Below are positions 58,100 to 64,000 of a stretch of 64,000 nt of DNA, in pieces. The position numbers were made by a program, and so were the translations under genes. Location: NCBI GenBank assembly GCA_016934535.1, contig JAFGSQ010000010.1:1-64000 (forward strand). Direction: 5' to 3'. Position 1 is the first letter of the stretch. Each line of letters starts with the position of its first letter. A model generated the notes under the pieces. The model saw only the letters and a list, made by a program, of their open reading frames with translations, did not search any database and was not told the DNA's origin. This DNA comes from a candidate division WOR-3 bacterium (GTDB lineage Bacteria > SDB-A).

Positions 58100-61000
58100 A
58101 AGCCTTTATTTTGCCCTCTTTATCCCCGAGATTTTTAACGACGTCGAGATATTCACCCGCTTTTTTGAAGGAGTTGCAATCCGCAAAAAGGCAGGCGATA
58201 TTATAGGCTATCTCGCTTCTCAGGGATGGATTTCCCAATTTTTCGGATCTTTCGAAAGCCTTGTCGAGATAATCGTGGCTTTTTGAAAAATCGTTTATTC
58301 TCCTGTAAAGCTTTGCTATTTCGAAAAGAATTTCGGTCTCGATTTCCAAATCGTTCCGTATTTCGCAGAGTTTTAATGCCTCGTTGTAATATCTGACAGC
58401 TTCCTCGGCCTCCGACATCCTGTATTTCAAATCTCCAGTCTGGCAAAGTGCTTTTATTTCCCAGCCAATGTTCCCTGTCTCTTTGGCCAATTCGAGATAT
58501 TCTCTGCTGTACTTCCACGCCTCGTCAAATTTGTCTTCGTGTTTTTTCATTTCGCTGATATTGAGAAGACTGTAAGCTTCGCCTTCTTTTATTCCCGCTT
58601 CCCTGAATATCTTCATGGCTTCAGTAAAATGTTTTTCGGCATCGACTATTTTTCCCTTGATGGCTTCCAGGTTGCCGAGATTTATCTGCGCTCCGGCTTT
58701 CTCTTCGTTAAATTCGTTCTTCAGGGCGATTTCGTAGCTTTTGTCGAAACATCTTTCGGCTTCTTCGTATTTTTTCTGCTGCGCCAAAATTGCCCCTATG
58801 TTCGACAGGGCCAAAGCTTCAAATTTCTTGTCACCGATGTCTATCGCTATATTTTTGGCTTTTTCGTAGCTTTCGAGGGCTTCTTTGAAATCTTTCTTTG
58901 TCGCATGAAGGACGCCCATGTTGCCGAGTGTTCTGCTCTCCATGCTTTTTTCACCCGCTTTTTTCGCGTATTCGAGCGCTTTTTCAAAGCAAAGCAACGC
59001 GTTGTCAAATTCCCTTTCTCCGAGATATACCGTCCCGAGTTCGTTGTTTGCGTCGGCAAGAGAATTGTCACCGCCTGATTTTTCAAAAATCTCAATGACG
59101 TTCGAAATCCTGTCCCGTGCCTCTTTTAATCTGCCTGTCTTTTTGAGTATCCTGCCCTCGGTCAACTCGGCTTCAGCCATTTTCTGGTCATTTCCTTCTT
59201 TTTTGTGATGTTCCGCGAGTTTTCTGCATATCCGCAATAATTCGTGATTGGCATTTTTTTTGAGCATTATCTTCATATATTCGTGTGCGTATTCCGCCCA
59301 TTTTCTCCATTCTTCGGCTTTCTCCGACTGTTCGACAAGAAGCTTCGTGTGCATTTCAAGCCCTCTGGAAAGTTTCGTTTCAGCGACTTCGAAAATCTCT
59401 TTGTGAAGTTTTTTTCTTTCCGAAGGCAAAAACAATTGGTAGGCCGCTTCTCTCAGCATGGCATGCCTAAACATGTATATATCTTCGTAATTGAGTTCTC
59501 TGGCAATGATCTGCCCCTGCTCTCCCTTGTCGAGGAAAAATTCTAATTCTTCCTTTATTCCTTCGTCTATAATGGACCTCAGGATGTCTACGAGAAATCT
59601 TTCTCCTATGACAGCGGCTTTCTTTATTATTTCGCGCAGTTCGTAGTCCATCGAGTCGAGTCTCGCCGTCAGAAGATCGCAGAGAGAATCAGGAAGTCTT
59701 TCAATTTTCCCCGATATTTCCATAGGGGAGCCCTTGAGCATGTCCTGTTCTTTTAAAAATACGATAGTTTGTTCGAGGAAAAAAGGATTTCCCTGCGTGT
59801 TGTCGAAAAGATAATTTTTTGCCGCTTCAGACGGTTCTCCGCCTGCAATCTGTTCGAACATTTTTACAATAAGGTCCTGCGTTTCAAACGCACGAAGATC
59901 TATTTCCGTCTCTTTTACTCTTCTGTCGAGATTTATTCTCGGTTTGCCTCCTTTTTCGTCAAATCGTGAAGTGCATATGACGGCAAAAGGGTAATCGGGC
60001 ACGTTTCTTGTTGCGGCTGAAAGCCAATCGATCGTCAATTCGTCGACATTCTGCAAATCATCCACGAATACAATCAAAGGCGTTTTCCTCGACAGAGCTT
60101 TTATGAATTCTTTCAGCGCAAAAATCTGGTTTTCTTTTTTTCTTTCTTCGCCTTGCATTTCGTAGATTTCATCGGCGGGAGGCATTCCGATTATATCTGC
60201 AATGGCCGGGGTTTTCTTCGAAGACCATTGTATGCCGGTTTTTTCAATTTCATCCATGAGTTTATCAGCCGACAAATAATTTTTGTCGAGATTGAAAAAA
60301 TCTATAAGCCATTGCGACACGGGAAACCATGGATACCTGGACGTGTCTTCGCATTGGAGATGCATCACCGTAATCGCTGTTCCTTCTCTTTTGTATTGTT
60401 CTATAAGCTCCCACACAAGCCTGCTTTTTCCAATGCCTGCGTCACCGTATATGTAGCAAACTCCCGCGTTTGTTTTTTGACCGACAATACACGAAGTAAA
60501 ATCGGTTAATCTTCTCAATTCATTATCCCTGCCCACCATTTTGTATTTGAAGACAATGCCCCTGCTTTCCTTAAGATTTTCTATTTCAAATATTTTCTCG
60601 GGGGTTGACCTGCCCTTAAAGAGCATTTCCTTGTAAGGCTTGAAACACGCGTCTTTATCGGTTCTCGATTTAACTCTTTCTGACGCTAAAATTTCTCTCT
60701 CTCCGCAGGCGCTCATTATTCTCGCCGAAGTATTGACAACATTTCCGAGGCAAGTCCATTCGAATCGTTCGGATCCGCCCGTTCTTCCGGCATAAACAAG
60801 TCCGCTGTCAATACCCGCCCTCAGGTTGAATCCGAGGCTCTTGATCTTCAGTGAAAATTTAACGGCGAGGTCTTCGGGATTTTCCTTGGCATCGGGCGCT
60901 CCGAACAAAACCATAGCCACCGTCCCTTTGTCTCCGTAATCCACTTTGTTGAGGAAACCGCCGTATTTAATTGCCGTTTCATAAATGTTCCTTATGACCT

Positions 61001-61688
61001 CGTCCTGTTTTGCCGTTTCAGTTTCGTCTATCTTTATGAAAACGGGGGTAGCGTGCCGGAGTTCTCCTCTTTCACCGGCTTTCATTACTGACTCAGACAC
61101 AAATTTTGCGACTATTTCGTCAGGAACGGACAATTTCACTTCTTCGTTCTGCGGCATGACTGTTTTCAAGCTTCCTTTCCAGCCGATTTTTCCCGCCGTG
61201 ACATTCTCTGCTTCCCTTACTGCCTCCGATATGGCATGGCCGGTGAAAAGATACGAGTTTAAAGTCCCGTCTAATGCGATGACCCTCCAGTCTATACCTC
61301 CGGCTCCCACGCCGCATTTGCAGGTGAAATTGAGTTCACCAAGTTCCGTCTCCCGCCTGCCTTCCCTTTCGAAAAAATAAGTCAATATAACGGCAGCGGA
61401 ATATGCTTTTTTCCCGTCGTCCCCGGGGAAAATCGCTGTAAAGGCGTCTCCGGCAAACGTAGTTATGTGGCCTCCGTATTTATGGACAGTTTTGACAGGC
61501 AAATCAAAAACCCACAGAATCTGTCTTGAGATTTCTTCGGCGCCAGCGTCTCCTTTTTTGAAGAACATCTCTGTCATTTTTGTAAAACCGCCAAGATCAG
61601 TGAAAAGAGCTGAGCCCTGCGTAACTCCAGAAAGCTCACCCCTGGAAAATTTATCTGAAAGAAAAAACGGCAAACAGCTGTTCATCAT
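58077..61688 (-). CDS. Class III nucleotidyl cyclase (tandem C1/C2, sAC-like) - STAND NTPase - TPR protein
   Basis: FTDLGGFT and FAGDA (C1); NKVDYGDKG, FGAP and EWTCLGNVVNTSARIM (C2); GDAGIGKS, FVDDLQ, GNPFF, FRHAMLRE; long TPR tail. Confidence 0.9.
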   Translation of the reverse strand: MMNSCLPFFLSDKFSRGELSGVTQGSALFTDLGGFTKMTEMFFKKGDAGAEEISRQILWVFDLPVKTVHKYGGHITTFAGDAFTAIFPGDDGKKAYSAAVILTYFFEREGRRETELGELNFTCKCGVGAGGIDWRVIALDGTLNSYLFTGHAISEAVREAENVTAGKIGWKGSLKTVMPQNEEVKLSVPDEIVAKFVSESVMKAGERGELRHATPVFIKIDETETAKQDEVIRNIYETAIKYGGFLNKVDYGDKGTVAMVLFGAPDAKENPEDLAVKFSLKIKSLGFNLRAGIDSGLVYAGRTGGSERFEWTCLGNVVNTSARIMSACGEREILASERVKSRTDKDACFKPYKEMLFKGRSTPEKIFEIENLKESRGIVFKYKMVGRDNELRRLTDFTSCIVGQKTNAGVCYIYGDAGIGKSRLVWELIEQYKREGTAITVMHLQCEDTSRYPWFPVSQWLIDFFNLDKNYLSADKLMDEIEKTGIQWSSKKTPAIADIIGMPPADEIYEMQGEERKKENQIFALKEFIKALSRKTPLIVFVDDLQNVDELTIDWLSAATRNVPDYPFAVICTSRFDEKGGKPRINLDRRVKETEIDLRAFETQDLIVKMFEQIAGGEPSEAAKNYLFDNTQGNPFFLEQTIVFLKEQDMLKGSPMEISGKIERLPDSLCDLLTARLDSMDYELREIIKKAAVIGERFLVDILRSIIDEGIKEELEFFLDKGEQGQIIARELNYEDIYMFRHAMLREAAYQLFLPSERKKLHKEIFEVAETKLSRGLEMHTKLLVEQSEKAEEWRKWAEYAHEYMKIMLKKNANHELLRICRKLAEHHKKEGNDQKMAEAELTEGRILKKTGRLKEARDRISNVIEIFEKSGGDNSLADANNELGTVYLGEREFDNALLCFEKALEYAKKAGEKSMESRTLGNMGVLHATKKDFKEALESYEKAKNIAIDIGDKKFEALALSNIGAILAQQKKYEEAERCFDKSYEIALKNEFNEEKAGAQINLGNLEAIKGKIVDAEKHFTEAMKIFREAGIKEGEAYSLLNISEMKKHEDKFDEAWKYSREYLELAKETGNIGWEIKALCQTGDLKYRMSEAEEAVRYYNEALKLCEIRNDLEIETEILFEIAKLYRRINDFSKSHDYLDKAFERSEKLGNPSLRSEIAYNIACLFADCNSFKKAGEYLDVVKNLGDKEGKIKAFREKYGY

Positions 61689-63445
61689 GTGGCCGCCTGC
61701 AATGAAATCAGTGTGTTTCGGATTTCTTCACCGCTTAAATTTTTAAAGCTGTCAGAGTTTTTGCACGCGTGCGCTATATACGACAAAGCGCCGAGGTGCA
61801 TTTCCGGAGAAAGCGTCGGGGAAACGAGAAGGATAATTACATTTACTTTTTTCGCCTTTTTCCCCCACGATATTCCTTCTTCTGAAATTGCTATGACAAT
61901 TTTCGGCTTTTTCATTATTCGCAGTCTGCAATGAGGAAGCACGACTCCATCCGAGAGGATTGTCTCCTGCAGATTTTCTCTGACATTCGAAGCGTCTATC
62001 ACAGCCATTCGGTCGGGGAAAAATCCCTTTTTCTCGCCCTCTCGCGCCAGTGCGTCTATGGTCATTTTCCTGTCATAAATTCCGTCGAGGCGGATGCAGG
62101 AGATGTCATCTTTACTGAAACGATGGCGTTTCGGCAAAACTCTCGGACTCTTTACCATATCTTCTTCACCGATTACCCATGTCTGCCATTTTTTTATGTA
62201 TCTTTCAGTGACAAAAACCCCGAACACTGAAAATAATACAAGGGAGGGAATGACTATGTCCGCGACAGTCTGCCCTTTTTCACCGAGAATGCTGACGAGA
62301 AAAGCCGATTCCACCGCCGCGACGCCGTCCTGAGGAACCATGAGCGGAGGTACGCAATTTACTATTTTCGGTTCATTTTTCATAAGTTTCAAAACGAATT
62401 TTACACTGACGTACTGAGAAACGCCTCTGCTTATTATGTAAATTAAAATCGGCGAAAGAATTGGCGTGCTGAACTTTGCAAAATCAATCTCCGCTCCGAT
62501 AAGAGCGAAGAACAGCAGGTTGAAAGCGGGCATAATGTTCTCGATTTTCATAGAGTCAAAGGCCATCGATCCCGAAAAATTTGATATCAGCGCTCCTGCG
62601 ACCAGAACCGCTATGAGAAAAGGCAGGTGGAGAAGTATTGATAATCCTGTAATGACGGTTACAATCCCCGCTACAGTCAAAAACATCTCCATGGAAGGAG
62701 CCGGGTGCTCGGAAAGAAGCCTGACCATAAAAAAATCCATGCGCCTCTTTTTATCGCTATTTCCGATCCCGTGAATCAGGATCCAGAGAAATACGAACGC
62801 CCCTATGCCTATCAATACAGCCACACCGATGTCTTTGGTGGTTTGCGTAAAGGATAGTTCCCCGCCTGTCTGTGTTTTTATCTGAATTAAAACGGAAAAA
62901 ATGAGTATTGCGAAAAGGTCGACTATGGCCATGATGTTTCCTATTATATTTCTTATGTCTCCTTCGATTTCATATCTGTTCATTATCGCAAAAATAATTG
63001 CCGGAGACTGAGCTATTGCTATAGACGCTATGAGAAGGGATATAAACAAATCTATTCCGGATTCTTCAAACATCTTCCCGTAAAAATAAAATGAGAAAAA
63101 AACCACAGTAAATGTCATTGCGACGTTGGCGATCGAAACCCAAAAAACTTTTTTCAGGATTTTTCTCATTCTTGTGAAATGAAGTTCTTCCCCTATGCCG
63201 AAAGCGATCAGCGAAAGGAAAGCAAATATAATAAATTGAAAAGAAACAAATTCTTTCGAATATACTTCGGCAACTTTGTCGGAAATGTTTCTCATAACGA
63301 GGATAGTGAGAGGACCTATAACGATTCCGCCCAGTATCTGTCCGATTATCTCGCTGATTCTCATCCTTCTTGCCACTCTTCCGCCGAGGTTTCCCGCAAG
63401 AATCAGCAATCCGATTGTCAGTATGTGAAGACCGTAGCTATTCAT
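61685..63445 (-). CDS. Cation:proton antiporter fused to a C-terminal PTS EIIA (Fru/Ntr-type) domain
   Basis: About 12 TM with GQILGGIVIGP, IAFGIGEEL, FFALIG, PQDGVA; tail RE...T...GVVLPHCR...HLGAL. Confidence 0.85.
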   Translation of the reverse strand: MNSYGLHILTIGLLILAGNLGGRVARRMRISEIIGQILGGIVIGPLTILVMRNISDKVAEVYSKEFVSFQFIIFAFLSLIAFGIGEELHFTRMRKILKKVFWVSIANVAMTFTVVFFSFYFYGKMFEESGIDLFISLLIASIAIAQSPAIIFAIMNRYEIEGDIRNIIGNIMAIVDLFAILIFSVLIQIKTQTGGELSFTQTTKDIGVAVLIGIGAFVFLWILIHGIGNSDKKRRMDFFMVRLLSEHPAPSMEMFLTVAGIVTVITGLSILLHLPFLIAVLVAGALISNFSGSMAFDSMKIENIMPAFNLLFFALIGAEIDFAKFSTPILSPILIYIISRGVSQYVSVKFVLKLMKNEPKIVNCVPPLMVPQDGVAAVESAFLVSILGEKGQTVADIVIPSLVLFSVFGVFVTERYIKKWQTWVIGEEDMVKSPRVLPKRHRFSKDDISCIRLDGIYDRKMTIDALAREGEKKGFFPDRMAVIDASNVRENLQETILSDGVVLPHCRLRIMKKPKIVIAISEEGISWGKKAKKVNVIILLVSPTLSPEMHLGALSYIAHACKNSDSFKNLSGEEIRNTLISLQAAT

Positions 63446-64000
63446 TGTACAGTATGTACTCGATGGAATCCGCTTTGTAATACAGTGTCTTGGCTCTGAC
63501 CGTATCTCCTCCCTTTTCCAGAAGTCTTGCGTAAGCTCTCCAAAGCTCAGGATCTTCAGGTCTCTTTTCGGACAACAGCCTGAAAAGCCTTTCAGCTTTC
63601 ACAAGATCTGCCTGCTCTTCGTTTACTGCGGCGAGAGAATATAGAAAACGGATGTTATCCGGTTCGATTTGCACCAAGCGTTCAAGAATGCCCTCGGCAT
63701 CGGCAAGTTTTCTTCTCTGTTGTAATAAAAGAGCGAGTGAATACCGGGCGTAAACGTCTGAGGAATCCGAAAGGACAGCTTTTGAATAAAAATACTCCGC
63801 TTTTTCAAGGTCCCCGATCTTCCTGTAAATGTTTCCCATGGCCAGATTCCCATGAAAGTTCAGTGAGTCAGCGACAATAGATATTTCGGCCGCCTCGTGA
63901 GCTTTCTCTGTTTCTCCGCATGCAAACAGAGCCCTGGCGTACAATCCGTTCGCCGTTGGAGATTCCGGGTTTATTTCAACCGCTTTTTTACTCTCAGAAA
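63438..64000 (-). CDS. TPR protein, 5' end outside window
   Basis: Frame open to the window edge; consecutive TPR motifs; 8-nt overlap with the antiporter start. Confidence 0.8.
   Translation of the reverse strand, partial: SESKKAVEINPESPTANGLYARALFACGETEKAHEAAEISIVADSLNFHGNLAMGNIYRKIGDLEKAEYFYSKAVLSDSSDVYARYSLALLLQQRRKLADAEGILERLVQIEPDNIRFLYSLAAVNEEQADLVKAERLFRLLSEKRPEDPELWRAYARLLEKGGDTVRAKTLYYKADSIEYILYNE

Overview
A gene-dense bacterial chromosomal window with about 55 CDS and no rRNA, tRNA, CRISPR array, transposase or phage genes that I could recognise. An outer-membrane beta-barrel, a TonB receptor, a PorX homologue and a T9SS-type C-terminal domain point to a diderm anaerobe of FCB-like affinity, for example a WOR-3-like candidate phylum (inference only). 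Housekeeping blocks: parAB-3xM42-rph-rluD; rsmI-PIP synthase-ino1-tmk-ctpA-pfkB-rpe; ribD-ribE-ribBA-ribH-nusB through pilD; clpB; thyX; rlmI. Accessory content: a NuoE/NuoF/GltD-NuoG (Stn/NfnABC-type) flavin oxidoreductase, a cobalamin-riboswitch-controlled BtuB/BtuG-like pair, a cytoplasmic clan CD protease and two STAND-NTPase signalling proteins. Most notable observations: (1) a 219-nt intergenic element (1470-1688) in which three CACGAAG motifs pair in nested order with three CTTCGTG motifs, with five separate hairpins between them; (2) a translationally coupled operon of TPR protein, cation:H+ antiporter-PTS EIIA fusion and soluble-adenylyl-cyclase-like STAND protein; (3) a TPR/roadblock-like gene split by an A11 run; (4) apparent non-canonical ATC and CTG starts. 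All family assignments come from motif recognition by eye; no searches were run.
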